Notes: a model not told the origin generated them from the letters alone. A stretch of 64,000 nucleotides of DNA from Okamejei kenojei (GCA_035221665.1 CM069147.1:20522001-20586000); one strand, 5' to 3'. Shown: positions 52,001 to 64,000, counted from the stretch's first letter. Translations and numbers: made by a program.

Positions 52001-55000
52001 ATTCAGAGGCATAATCTATTTAGATTATGTTAAGGAAACAGTCTACATGGAGAAAAGTTGTGAGCTGCTGTTGTTGTAGATTTAAAGCTATGTGTTCTGT
52101 ACATCTCACCTGCTGTGCAGTTTAAAAACTTATAACCATCTTTAATTCACCTTGTTTATATCAAACCACCTGGAGAGATCAAAGAAACAAGAATTCTAAA
52201 GCCCCAGGAATCCAATCCGTATTGCAAGATTATTATTTTGTTACATCTTTTGGTTTTGTTTCAAATGGTCATTAGGGCAGCCATAAAAATAAGATCCTTG
52301 AAGTCAGGAACTATTCTGAAACCAAAGAAGTGTATTGTATCAGATTTCAAAGGTCAACAAAATTCCTTTTTGGTTTTATGTCAAGGCATTGGAGATACTT
52401 TTATTGACATTTCTGCTTCCGTGAAAGTATATTAAAAAATAAATCACATTTACACAGCACTTTTTTGGTTCTTGAGAAGTCCAAAAGTGCTTCACAGCTA
52501 GTGAAATATTATTGGAATAAATTGTGATAAGCTAAAATAAAATAGAAAATATGGAAATACTCAACGGGTCAGGCTGCAACTGGAGCTAGGCCAACTGAGA
52601 ATTTTCAGCATTTTCTGTATTCTTAGTGTTCATAAATAGATGTGTTTGCATGGTAATCTTCCAAATGGCAAGCATGATTATATAATCGCTTATAGTAATA
52701 TTATTTGATAGATTAATGTAAGCCAGTTAACCAAGAGACCTCCACAGCTCTAGTTTAAACATTGCATTGGATGTTTTGGTGTGACTTCTAGGCAGGCAGA
52801 TGGGAGAGGACTTTGATTAACAGCATCATCTGAAAAATAGAGCCTCAGAGATTGTACAGTTTCGTCAAATCAGCACTGCCCTGTCAGCCCAGATTATTTA
52901 GAGCCATAGTCAAAGAAACAGACATTTTGCATAAAACGTCAACCCACTAGTTTGTATTGACTATCAGGCTTTGAAGTTTGTTCTACACGTTGTGAAAGTC
53001 GTCATGTTGGTGGGTTAATGGCAACAGTTGGTAAGTGTAAATTAACAAAAGCTATGAAATGACAGCAATTAGAGGATGAGAATCCAAAAAAAGAAATAAA
53101 TGAAGTCTCAAAATGTAAAATATTGTTAATGCATGGATACCACAGACGATAACAGTAAAACAAACATTTTTCTGCAATTTCTGATCAGAAAGAAAAATTT
53201 CAGATGGTATGTGAGGCTATATCTAACCCAAAGATTAAATGGAAGAGAAGAGGACCAGCCAACAAAAGGTAGGTGGATCGGAAATCTGAAGGATCGGCAT
53301 TCATGAATATTAAAGATGTTGAATTTTTTTTTTTTAATGCATTTATCAATGGAATACTTAACCCAGAAGCACCTGTGCAGAATTTACAGCAGGACTTTTC
53401 TGTAACGTTGTATTACTCCAAAAATCAAGCGCACCTAAACCTGGAATGGAAGAGAATGGCAGTCACTACACTTGCACTTCATTATTTCAGAAATAGAAAA
53501 AACATTATTTGTGCTACAGCATGTATATCTAGGCTTGTAAATGTTTCATCTTTTTTATCCGTCTCATTTTCATTCCACTTCATGAGATCATAGGAATCAT
53601 GACCTGTTCACAGGCTCACTCATTATATTGCTCAGGTGATTTAATGGGCCTAGTTTGACCACTTTATCTAAAATTTCAATCTCTGCAGTAGTATGGTCTT
53701 TCAATGCTGCACAATTGTTTCCTTTTGTACAATAGAAGCTAACTTGAGCTTCTGCTCATATCAACTTGCCAGATTTGTTTAATGTATTTGTGAAATAAGT
53801 AACAAATCTTCTTATTGTTCAGAGCTCTGGTCTGTTTTTCCTGGATTTGTGGCATGCTCTCTGATAGTGCCTCTCTGTTTCTTAGATGCTATGATCAAGC
53901 AGAGGAAGATGGCTTTCCTGACATTCTTGCCGAATGTATGAAGCTCTTTTATTCTGAGGCCATGTTCCTGCTTCTGTCCAATTTTACTGGCTTAAAGCTA
54001 CATTTCCTCGCAGCCTCAGATAATGATGAAAAAGATGAGCAAGAAGATGACCTGGAGATGTCTGATGAAAATGAGCAAGCATGCTCTAGCACTGAAAAGG
54101 ATGAGAAATCAGATTCAACATTACTTAATGGCAATGATAGCAGAGGAGGCAGTGTACTTGAAACAACAGAAAAAACAATGCCAACGGACAGTCCACAAAG
54201 TAAGATTTATTTTAAAAATATTTATTTTTAGGGATTGGCAGATGCCATCACTTGGTACTATCGCAGGTAAAAAATAACTGTTCAAGTTAGATGATATTAG
54301 TGAAGCTGGATTTTAACGAAATTTGATGTAATATTGGTTTTACACTGTCCAATATCGCTCCTCTCTGAATCCAATAGTGAATACAATTGAGCGGGTTTAA
54401 AGCTATCAACATGTCCAAGCTTATCAGTTAGTCAGAAGCAGACTACATTTTTACTCCTCTTTCTTAACTATGAAATTTCAGAAATCAGTCTGATTACTGA
54501 AGGCACAGAAAAATGTTAGCAACTAAATTTGTGTTGGAGGATGCAGATATGTAGCCATTGAGGTTGATCAGAGCCACGATGAAGTTGAATAAGTTGACGG
54601 TACCCAGACATGGGGCCGACGGACGAGAGGCCAAAGCAAAGAAATCGAAGAACTGAATGGAAACGATGCCGAAACGGCAAAAAAACGAAAGAGTACGAAG
54701 ACGAAACGCCAACTAACCGAAAGGATGGGACGCCTAAAAGCGAGAGGAGAGAGAGAGAAAGGAGAGAGAGAGAAAGGAGAGAGCGAGATAAGGGAGATGG
54801 GGGAAGGGGGGAGAGAGAAGGGGGAGACGGGAGGGTGGGGATCATTTTTCCGCACAAGCCATAGGTGACTAGGCAATCTGAACCCAAGCACCAAGGTGTA
54901 AGCGACCGAAGGTGTGCATCCCTCGGGACAGCCCCCACTCTCCCACGGCCACCCTCTGCGGGCTGTGGGTCGGGTGGAGCGGAGGTGTGGGGCAATGTTC

Positions 55001-57605
55001 ATCCCTCCACAGTGATGTGATGGACGCGGGGGTCTGGACCAATCGCTGACAAGTCCCGCCCCCCGGCAACATCATGTCTGTTATTGGACTTTTCTGCTTG
55101 TAGGCGACACTGCCTTTCGGGTAGGTGGGGTTTCGACAGAGCAGCCATTTGGTGAGTTTGCTTTTAGGTGACGCATCTTTTCTGCTAGTTGGCTTTTAGG
55201 CGTCCTGCCCTTTCGGTTAGTTTGCATTTAGGCGTCCCATATTTTCGGTTAGTTGCCGTTGCGTCTACGTACTCTTTCGTTTTTTTGGCGTTTCGGCCTC
55301 GTTTCCATTCGGTTCTTTGGCTTTGACTTCTTTGCTTCGGCCTCTTGTCAGTCGGTGCCACGTCCGCACACCTTATTTTAGATTACAGGAAATATTAGCT
55401 TCAATAGGATTTGCTGCAATTAGCAGTCAATCAACATACCACACAGTTAATAAAGTCAGCACAGATGTACTCAGTTGAATGTTGTGGATATTGACTTCAT
55501 GCTACACTGTGAAATGGGAGAAGAAAGTTGTAGCTGAAGGACGTTCTGCAATAATTTAATACATTTGAGCAGCAGCGATCTTGGAGTAATGCCAGCGCAT
55601 CAATGTGTCTTTTGATGAATATTGTGTGGCAACAAAATTAAAAAATGATAAGATGGGAAAGTTAAAAATAACAATGGAGACATTGTTTGGTTCTCGACAT
55701 ACTCAATGAAAAGCAAGAGAAAGAGTTTGAAGATGCATCAATCAATTATTTTTCAGAGCCTGGTGTTCCTGTTTGCCGAGGAGAATTAAGACGCTGGAAA
55801 AATGGATACTACACACTCATCCATGACACCAATGTGGAAAACACAGAATTTGCCCTAGACCTCTTGTTAAACTGCGGTTGTGAAGGTAAATGTGCTGATT
55901 TTAATTTACAGGATATGTATTACACATCTGGTGTAATGCTGGTTCACAGCTTTGCTTTTGTTATACCATTGAGGGAAAGAGCAAAACATTGTATTGGAAA
56001 GTGCCAGCATGTGATCGGATTAGGAGAATGAACACGTGTATTTCTCTGTTCCAGGCTGGGATGAGGAATTTGGTGGTGTCACTTCATACATTGCAAAAGG
56101 GGAAGATGAAGAGGTATGAACTGAATTAATTCAAATTAATTTCCTAAGGAGATTTAAAGCTTTTGAATTAATATAGGCTTAATATTTGTTTACGCGCTGT
56201 ACCTTGGTACTTGTGACAGTAAAGGACCATTGAACCATTAAATGTTATTTAGGAATCCCAGTAACCAAGTCATGTTGCCTTTTGCATGCAAGTTCCAACA
56301 GACATTGCATTCTGTAACAAATTAGACAGATCACCGATACATCACGAGGATCAGTGTGGGACTCTCGTTATTTTTTATGTATTGGTATCGTTTTGATGGG
56401 AACCTGGGTATGATTAGTAAGTTTACAGATGGAATTTAATTTTGACAAGTGCAAGATGATGTATTTTTGGTTAGATAGATGCAGGACAATAAATGTTTGG
56501 GTGCTAAGCGATGTTGATGAACAGAGGGACCTTGTGGTTTAAGCCGATAATTTCCAGAGAGTGAAAATGCAGATAGTAAGCGTTGTACACAAGGCATGTT
56601 TGTCTTTATAAATCAGTGGATATAAAGAAGAAGGGTTTCAACCTAAAACGTCACCTGTTCCTTTTCTCCAGAGATGCTGCCTGACCTTCAGCATTTTATG
56701 TCTATCTTCCATAAAATATAAAAGTTAAAATGCTTTTGTTGCAATTTTACTAAACCCTACTTGGATCGTACTGGTCACCACACTACAGGAAGGATATGGT
56801 TATGCTGGAGAGAGTGCAAATGTTGCCTGGTTTAAAGTAGTTTAGTTATTGGAGATTAGTGATTAGATAGGCTATTTTTATTTTCTCTGAAGAAAAAGAG
56901 CCTGATAACTGACCTGCTATGCTATATAAAGTTTATGGGCATAGGTAGCTATAATTATTTTCCCGTGGTGGGAAGTATCAAACACATGTGGACATAAATT
57001 TAAGATGGCATTAAGGCATTTTTTAATGGAATTTTAGTCAAAAGTTGTTTTTCTTTACAGAATGCTGATTATTTAAATTTATGACCACAGGTAATTGTAA
57101 TTATATTTGAGAGCCATTTAGAGAGATGTTGAAATAAGCAAAGTAAATAAGGATATGCATTAAATGTAGGCCATTAGGAATGATGCAGATGGCAAACAAA
57201 GAATTGTGGGGGTGGGGGGGCTGAATGACCCATTTTGGGGCTGCGATGTTCTCTAACTTTGAATCATATTGGAAATCTCCTTGCATTGACCAGCAAGTAT
57301 CTCAGCTGGATCCTATAGTTTGCTCATGCACCCCACAACTTTTTCATAAGAAAAACATTGGGGATTGTGGAGTGATGGAGAATAAATCAGGTGTTACTTT
57401 TCTATAACAAAATTCATTTAAAATTATTTATGTTGTATTTCAGTTACTTACTCTTTGTCCAGAAGACAACGCATTGGCATTGATCTACCGAGATAAAGAA
57501 ACATTGAAATTTGTGAAACATGTTAACCACAAGAGCATCAATCAGTTTAACAAGAATAATGAGGGCTGTAGTTTCTGGGACTTTTCCTTTGTGTATTATG
57601 AGTGA
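36888..57605 (+). CDS. OGFOD1: OGFOD1 (prolyl 3-hydroxylase, Tpa1 family 2OG-Fe(II) oxygenase), 13 exons, 546 aa
   Basis: Exons: 36888-37038, 40047-40195, 41310-41356, 43136-43236, 44946-45062, 48391-48482, 49828-49953, 51586-51699, 53189-53268, 53886-54199, 55757-55885, 56055-56113, 57444-57605. Total 1641 bp, in frame. Motifs [66 protein letters not shown]. Confidence 0.96.
37095..37490. repeat. Penelope-like fragments in OGFOD1 intron 1
   Basis: aggaaggaactgc...acacaaaatgctggagtaactcagc occurs twice, plus an inverted piece. Same family as 19376. Confidence 0.6.
38200..38945 (+). mobile_element. Old CR1-like fragment
   Basis: Degenerate RT 3' region (cagttctggtcgccccattac...gagagggtgcagaggaggtttac). 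Confidence 0.75.
40047..40195 (+). CDS. OGFOD1: OGFOD1 exon 2
   Basis: [19 protein letters not shown]...[10 protein letters not shown]; AG/GT boundaries. Confidence 0.95.
40845..41135 (+). mobile_element. tRNA-derived SINE
   Basis: A-box-like tggtgcagtgg and B-box-like gggttgatcc head, conserved core, CR1-like 3' end and taaac tail. Confidence 0.75.
41310..41356 (+). CDS. OGFOD1: OGFOD1 exon 3 (GC donor)
   Basis: [15 protein letters not shown](R). Donor AG/GCGAGT is required for phase 2 into exon 4. Confidence 0.88.
41800..42795 (-). mobile_element. CR1-like 3' fragment split by a hAT MITE
   Basis: cgcctctataagatc...acccctcatc is continuous once 42174-42739 is removed. Confidence 0.7.
42174..42731. 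mobile_element. Non-autonomous hAT-type element (MITE), 558 bp
   Basis: 14-bp TIRs caggcacatgccgt and acggcacgtgcctg (13/14 match). 8-bp TSD ataagatc at 42166-42173 and 42732-42739. Confidence 0.88.
43136..43236 (+). CDS. OGFOD1: OGFOD1 exon 4
   Basis: [33 protein letters not shown]. Confidence 0.95.
44946..45062 (+). CDS. OGFOD1: OGFOD1 exon 5 (Fe-binding HxD)
   Basis: [39 protein letters not shown]. Confidence 0.97.
45857..46475 (-). mobile_element. Young CR1 LINE 3' fragment
   Basis: ORF 45953-46561 has an uninterrupted C-terminus ([14 protein letters not shown]...). (tttctatg)n tail. Confidence 0.93.
46656..47511 (-). mobile_element. 5'-truncated L1-clade fragment with 18-bp TSD
   Basis: ORF 46944-47147 resembles L1 ORF2 end 15221-15505 ([12 protein letters not shown]). 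Direct repeat aaaatgtagatagaattt at 46638-46655 and 47512-47529. T-rich tail. Confidence 0.88.
48391..48482 (+). CDS. OGFOD1: OGFOD1 exon 6
   Basis: [30 protein letters not shown] (distal Fe-binding His). Confidence 0.96.
49828..49953 (+). CDS. OGFOD1: OGFOD1 exon 7
   Basis: [21 protein letters not shown]... (2OG-binding RxS). Confidence 0.96.
51586..51699 (+). CDS. OGFOD1: OGFOD1 exon 8
   Basis: [14 protein letters not shown]...[10 protein letters not shown]. Confidence 0.96.
53189..53268 (+). CDS. OGFOD1: OGFOD1 exon 9
   Basis: [26 protein letters not shown](R). Confidence 0.95.
53886..54199 (+). CDS. OGFOD1: OGFOD1 exon 10 (acidic insert)
   Basis: CYDQ...[17 protein letters not shown] followed by an acidic low-complexity region. 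Confidence 0.95.
54599..55372. mobile_element. Non-autonomous DNA-transposon-like element with long imperfect TIRs (about 140 bp), family unassigned
   Basis: 54599 to about 54740 is the imperfect reverse complement of about 55225-55372. Internal reiterated tttaggcgtcc...ttcggttag units. No clear TSD. Confidence 0.7.
55757..55885 (+). CDS. OGFOD1: OGFOD1 exon 11
   Basis: [23 protein letters not shown]...[12 protein letters not shown]. Confidence 0.96.
56055..56113 (+). CDS. OGFOD1: OGFOD1 exon 12
   Basis: [20 protein letters not shown]. Confidence 0.96.
57444..57605 (+). CDS. OGFOD1: OGFOD1 exon 13 (stop)
   Basis: [29 protein letters not shown]...[10 protein letters not shown]. Confidence 0.96.
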   Translation, partial: LLTLCPEDNALALIYRDKETLKFVKHVNHKSINQFNKNNEGCSFWDFSFVYYE

Positions 57606-58022
57606 TTGCACATCTGCCTTCTCTGCCTAAATCATTGCATCTGATATGGGATAAAGCGCAAAAGTACTCAACACCATGGTCTTCCTCATAAAGAAGATTT
57701 ATGTGGTAATATGTGCTAAGCCATTCCAAGATCAGACATATAATGGTCCCTGATCACAACTACATTTTCGATGGGATGGATAGTTGGCTTTTCCATAAGT
57801 CGAGTGAGAACTTATTTGACCTGGAAAAAGGTACTGCAAGTCTCAAAGAAGTGATTTAAATCTTTTTCGCACAAATGTGGATTTTATTCCCTATTAAAAA
57901 TGTCTGAACAAATGTGAATTACGTTTCCCTTAATTTATATTGTCTAACATTGACTACAACTTTGCAGCTAACTGTGCTCAGTGAGTGTTCTGGGTTGAGA
58001 GACCCACAGGTTTCATACTTTT

Positions 58023-58033
58023 AATAAAATAAA
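58023..58033 (+). terminator. Candidate OGFOD1 polyadenylation signal (overlapping AATAAA pair)
   Basis: aataaaataaa about 420 bp after the stop codon. Confidence 0.4.
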
Positions 58034-59229
58034 TCTCGCAATACATGTATTGATGCTTGCAGCAGATTTGTTGACGCTGCTATCAATATCTGGTTCATTT
58101 GATGGTGATGTATCCTTTTGATGGTAGACATTTTTGGAGGTATATTTTTGTTTACATTTCCTTCAGTTTATATTATTTTATATCTAACTTTGATTTATGG
58201 CTGTGCACCATTTTCTTGCAGAGATTGTAGATGGTACATTTGTCTGTCTGCTGCCCCATTAACTTGGAAGCTGGCTGCTCAACGATATGTGGGAAGCCAA
58301 TGCAAATATTATTTTATTTTCTCTCCATAATGAAATAATGTACAAAGTAATATGACTTTGATCGGGTCACTCGGAGGCAATAAAGATGATTGGGAAGCAA
58401 AATTTATACGATGTGTAAGAGGTCGTTGTCTGGAGTTTAGGAATGTGGATACATTCTCTTCATCTGACAATACTGTTGAATTATAAAAGTAAGCCTGATG
58501 CTCGCTCTTAGTGCACAAAATAAAAAAGTGATTCTAAACTTTCCACACTTTCATTGTGCAGTGAAGACTGTAGATTAACTGACTGGTGTGGTTGCCATGA
58601 TTTTGGGCAGAGAATGGTACCAATCAAAGATTGAGACAACAGTCCGGTTGATATTATAAAACTGGGAAAGGCAAATGGGATGTTAGTCTTCAGTGGAAAA
58701 GAAGTTTGGTATAACTGTTATGAAAATATTAGCAAAATAAAATCTAGCCCTTTTAGTTTAGAGATCCAACATGGAAACAGGCTCTCTGGCGCACTGAGTC
58801 CATGCCAACCAACAATTGTTCATCCGTTCACAATAGTTCTATATTGTTCTATTTTCCCATCTACTCTTTTGAGAGGTGGAATGAAGATTTGTCAAATTAC
58901 TGATTGATTCCTGAGATAAGAAAGTTCTACTGAAGGACATTGGGTCTAATGGCTCTCTGTGTTAGAATGGTCCTCAGAAGAAAGCAGACCTCCTGATTCA
59001 TCCAAGGCTTCGGGTTGGGGAACAGTCAGGTGGTTTTCATGGGAGAACACTCCACACATTTCCTTATGAAGTTGGTAACAATTGGTTTGTTAACCGGGAG
59101 AGGTTTATTGCAACTTGCTCCTTGATTTGTCTTTCAGTCCAGATCTGAGGGAGCTGCATTCCAGCTTTTCTAATTAATGATACACCAACTATTTACTTTG
59201 AATTCTGTCCTTTTATCATAGGTTATCAA

Positions 59230-59825
59230 AACTCATTGGTTTTCATCAGCCAGAGTGTTGATTATAGAAGCTGGGAGGTCATTTTGCAGTTGTATGAGAC
59301 GTTGGGTAGGCCGCATTTAGCGTACTGTGTTCATTCTGGGCACTGTGTTATAGGAAAGATGTTGTCAAGCTGGAAATTGTGCAGAAAAGATTTACAAGGA
59401 TGTTGCTAGGACTAGAGTATCTGAGCTATAGGGAGAGGTTCAGTAGGCTGGAACTCTATTTCAGGAGGTTGAGGGGTGATCTTGTCGAGATGTGTAAGAT
59501 AATGAGAGGGGAGATGCACAGTCTCTTGCCCAAAGTAGGTGAATTGAGGACATAGGCTTAAGGTGATGGGGGTAAAGATTTAATAGGAATTTGAGGGGTA
59601 ACTTTTTCACACAAAGAGTAGTGGGTGCCTGGAACATGCCAGAGGAGGTAGTTGAGGCAGGGACTATCCCAATATTTAAGAAACAGTTAGACAGGTACAT
59701 GGAGAAGACAGGTTTGGGGGGATATGGACCAAATGTGGGATGGTGAAGCTAGTGTAGTTGGGATATGTTGGATGGTGTGGGCAAGTTGGGCAAAAGGGCC
59801 TGTTTCCACACTGTATCACTCTGGG
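59230..59825 (+). mobile_element. Degenerate CR1 3' fragment
   Basis: Similar to 23600-24200 (aggaaagatgttgtcaagctgg..., aactttttcacacaaagagtagtgg). Confidence 0.8.
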
Positions 59826-60924
59826 TCAAGAGTGTTTTATTGCCATATGTCCCAGATAGAACAATTACATTCTTACTTTCTGCAGCACAACAGAATATGA
59901 AAACATGGTACATTATAAATAATTTGATATGACTAACGGGAAAAAATTGGATAACTGAAGAGCATGCTGACTCCATGTTTCATGAATTTAGTGAAGAGCT
60001 TGGATGGGATAAACATATGGAAAGCAGAGTTCTAGTCTATGAATAGAAGTCTGTAGGTGTTTCTCTTATCCAGGTGTTCCAGGGATGAGTGAAGGTCCAG
60101 GGAGATGGCATCAGCCATGGACCTGTTGTGACGGTAGGCAAACTGCAATGGGTTAAGTTTACTTGGTAGACTAGATTTAATGCATTCCATAACGAGCCAA
60201 GACCTCTGGATGGTAGTTGTTATGTCATTAGATCTTGCTTTTCTTTGGTAGTGGGATGATAATGGTCTTTTTTAAGTAGATGTGTACCTCAGAATGGAGG
60301 AGGGAGAGATTGAAGATGCCTGTGAACACTCCTGCTAGTTGGTCCATGCAGTTCCCAAGGACATAATCATGGGCTCTGGACTAATTACTTTCCATGGATT
60401 CATCCTCAGGAAGGCTGATCAAACTTCTGCAACAGTGACCCTGGGAAGAGTCGCCCATTTCATGGATTGAAATTTCTGCATTATATAAAACAACATTGTT
60501 TTCCATGCCTATCTTGAGAGAAGTTTTGAACTAAAAATTAAGTTTCAATTGACGACACTGATATATTTTCCAAAGGCAAGGGACTCTTTGGCAGTTAAGA
60601 ATTAAGAGGTTTTAGAAATAATAAGTTGCCATGAAGCCAGTCATGTTTTTTACAAGTATCTTGTACTGCTATATTTAAGAAACTTATAAAGAAGAGGAAT
60701 CATAAAATTAGAGTGTATGTAGAATTACATATATACACATATACATTAAAAATCTTTACAGCTTTTAAGGACAAGTGAATTCAAATCTTGAGCAAAGCTG
60801 TATAAAGCTCTACCCTGTTTATCCCCTTGTTGGGGAAAGTTGAATTTTTTTATAAAGTATTTTTATAGTTAACACAGATTTAAATTCTTCCAATGGTGTA
60901 TATAGAAAAAGTAATAGTAATTTA

Positions 60925-61300
60925 CAGGAAGGTAGACACAAAATACTGGAGTAACTCGGCGGGACAGGCAGCATCTCTGGGGAGAGAGAATGGGTAACGT
61001 TTCGGGTCACTGATGTCAGGGGAATGGGCGGGACATAGAGAGAACGTAGTCAGAAACAGTAAGATTGGCGGGAGAACTGGGAAGGGGGAGTGGATGAAGA
61101 GAGAGGGAAAGCAAGGGCTATTTGAAGTTAGAGAAGTCAATGTTCATACGCTGGGGTGTAAGCTACCCAAGCGATATATGAGGTGCTGGCCTCCAATATG
61201 CGCTGGGCTTCACTCTGACAATGGAGAAGGCCGAGGACAGAAAAATCAGATTGGGAATGGGAGGGGGAGTTAAAGTGCTGAGCAACCGGGAGATCACTTT
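60925..61300 (-). mobile_element. Penelope-like fragment
   Basis: acacaaaatactggagtaactcggcggg...gtaacgtttcgggtc, same family as 36055-36402. Confidence 0.65.
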
Positions 61301-62617
61301 TAGAGCACGGAATGAGAACCGTTGTGAAATGTTGTCATTTACTGGATTTTGCTACAAACTTGCTCTCTTAATCTTTGCTTGTTTCATATCTATTTTTATC
61401 TGAATTAATTTTAGAAGCGATAACGACCCAAGTTCACAATGGCTATTGTGCAACACCAGTTAAAATGGTGAAATGTGTGAAAATTTTGCATTCTGGACCT
61501 GAGATACCGCACACCTACATATTGTTGTTAAGTGTTTTGAACGTCAAAAATCGAGATATGAGAACGTACATGCATTGTAATGCTCTCAGTGTGTAAAAAG
61601 ATAACAAAGAAGTTAACTCCTGTTGATGACTTTATTTCTTTGAGTATGTTAGTTAATATTAAATTATTCTTTACCTTGCAATGACAAGTTAACTCCTTGT
61701 TATCTTAAGCACACATAAAGATTTTTGATTATATTTATACAGGTCACTAAGACTTTTTGGAATAATAAGTGCAAAGCAAGCGATCCAAAAATTCCAGGAA
61801 TGTAACTAGTTGTTTCAGATGTCAAATGACACAGCTCTTTTGACAATTTGAATGTAAAACTTTAACAATTAGAATGGTTGTTTCCCCCAAAGAAATTACA
61901 GCAAGGAGAAAGTGCAAGACGATGATCAAATCTTGCTTGGAGCAAATAAGTGAAATCAGAGGATAGAGATGGGATTGTCCTTGCTACATATCAAGGTTTA
62001 AATTTGGAAATGATACATGTGTTTGAGTTTCAGCTGCCTCTAAAATATCCCTATTGTGGGGAACATTTCCGCTCAATGTAGCAATCAGATCGACAGGAGA
62101 ATTTCGCAAGGGATATGCACAAGCCAAGCATGCTGTGTTATCTGCTGAGGGTGAATGTAGAGCCACTTGTACATTTGGCTTCCCGTGAAGTTAAAAATAT
62201 TTATTCTGCGCAGGAGCAGGAATCTGCAGATCATGGAGCGGAACAGAAAGTTGCTGAGCCACACAGCTCCCTGCCTTCACCCCTAGCAATCCTGTCAACC
62301 CCACCCTCGCCACACACAGCTTGTGATAAAAACTCTGCTTCAATGTATTTTCGAATTCTTTGAATTAGCCTCAATTTCCATTTCCAGCTGCTAGCATGTT
62401 CTTCGCAGATCTCAACTGACGTTTGACCGTACTGAAACCGCAAAGCTGCAAGTCTGACATTTAGTTTCGTTTGCACAATATACCCCGTCAAAAAAAAAGT
62501 CCCTCTACATACGGTTATTCCCACCCACCATCCCCAAACCAACGCAGCTGCGTGGCTCAGCAACTTTCTGTTGTTCGACTCCGCGGTCTCTCCTCAATTG
62601 CGAAGTCGGTACTCAGT

Positions 62618-62672
62618 ATGTATGGAAAAAATGAATTTAACCCCTTCCTCATTCTGGCCGTTATTTGCACAG
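62618..62672 (+). CDS. Second Ig-superfamily gene, exon 1 (signal peptide)
   Basis: MYGKNEFNPFLILAVICT, 55 bp, donor g/gtattc. Phase 1 matches the V exon. Confidence 0.7.
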
Positions 62673-62916
62673 GTATTCTTCAAAAACAATTGTACATGAA
62701 GCAGCAAGTTCACTTAGCAAACTAATTATCATTTGTTTTGTCGCTCTTTTGAATTCATTGTGTCTGGTCTTTGGAAGGTATCTGTTCCTGTGGTGTTTGT
62801 ACATTAAAGCAAGTCGTTATTTCCATGGATTTGTTAAAAATCAACTGAAAGATTAGATTTGTTGTTGTCCTGAGCCTTTCGTAAATATACACACTCTTTT
62901 CCGTTTATTTTTGCAG

Positions 62917-63228
62917 CATTCGCCGAGGTTACGGAGGTGCATCAAATCCCGGATAAAGTCGATGTATTAGCAAGGCAGAACGCGAGTTTGCAATGCTCGT
63001 TCGAGCTATTTAAAAATAAAAATAACATTAGGGTGTATTGGTGGAAAACTGGAGAACGGGAGTTTTTCAAAGAGGGAGAAGATCCCAGGAAAATGTTCAA
63101 GGTGGAATCTAGAGCGAGTGCCGCGCTTAAGATTCGGAACGTGAGATTCGGAGATGCCGGAGTCTATTACTGCAGGGTGGAGGGTGAATACACTGGAAAT
63201 GGAACAGGTGTAACCCTTGAAGTAAAAG
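62917..63228 (+). CDS. Second Ig-superfamily gene, exon 2: NKp30/NCR3-like VJ-type V domain (gene continues beyond window)
   Basis: Acceptor tttatttttgcag, donor g/gtgagc. EVHQIP...ASLQCSF...VYWW...AALKIRNVRFGDAGVYYCRVEGEYTGNGTGVTLEV. Confidence 0.92.
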
Positions 63229-64000
63229 GTGAGCGATCGTTCTCAGCGACATGCTGCTACTTTTGTTTATAACCCTGGCTCGGGGCAAACTTGATCCGGT
63301 GCAGTGCGACAGGAGACTGGAATAAAGGAGACTGAATTAAGGGAATAAAAAGGAGCTAAAATATCTTTCCGTACAGTTTTCATTTACGGTTCATACACTA
63401 CGGGTAAAACATTATAGCAGAGACAGGGGGTACAAGGGAATATCGGTACCGGGCATTGCGAACCACGGGAGACCATTGCATGTATAATAATGGAAGGGGG
63501 ATATTCGTAAATGAACGCGCCGAATGCACATTTTGTATCATCCATCTGCGTCCCTTTATAATTCCGTGCGGCAACCGCGGGCATCGGCTGAACAGTTATT
63601 TCGAAATCATTTGCTGAACAAAATTATACTTTTAAGGTATATGTCGCAATACGCTGCGCTCTATAGCTGCAACACATCGTGTGAAATGCATTAACATTGC
63701 CCCAGTATCCGTCTACTTCTATCCATTGAAATTGCTAACTTCCCACAAACTTGAATGTAGTTCATTAAGACGAAATATTTGACTTTAATTATCAGTTATC
63801 GTTTACCCCTAAAGAGTACCAGTATGGGGTTTCAGTTCAGCTGGGCAGCGAAGAAGCAGACCATTGATTGTATTTGTTTTACAAACAATTTTCAGGTGTT
63901 CCATCCAAGGGGAATTGCCACGTTTTCTGCAAACAGCTACTTAATAACAATTCCCGCTACTTAATAAACAATTCGGCTCCCAATTCGTTGCAGCATTCCA

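Noticed and set aside
63896-64000. Acceptor ttttcag as exon 3 of the second Ig gene
   Set aside because: The phase-1 translation (GVPSKGNCHVFCKQ...) resembles neither a C1 domain nor a TM segment. The next exon probably lies beyond the window.

Overview
Eukaryotic, repeat-rich genomic DNA, most likely from a cartilaginous fish such as a skate or ray (inferred from the repeat families; not provable here). It holds three genes. (1) A complete 13-exon OGFOD1 on + (36888-57605). The exons splice in frame to 546 aa, and intron 3 uses a GC-AG splice. (2) A minus-strand Ig-superfamily receptor (27475 to about 16091) with leader, germline-joined VJ-type domain, C1-set domain, TM exon and a putative ITIM-bearing tail. 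(3) The first two exons of a related NKp30/NCR3-like VJ-type gene on + (62618-63228, continuing past the window). The rest is mobile DNA: a full-length decayed L1-clade LINE with a 16-bp TSD and nested Tc1 and Rex1/Babar insertions, a Helitron remnant, many CR1 fragments, SINEs, a hAT-type MITE, a long-TIR element, and short Penelope-like repeats. The Penelope-like repeats carry a minimal hammerhead-ribozyme-like core, and one of them forms a perfect 90-bp-arm palindrome. Exon and TSD coordinates were read by hand; edges of degenerate repeats are approximate.
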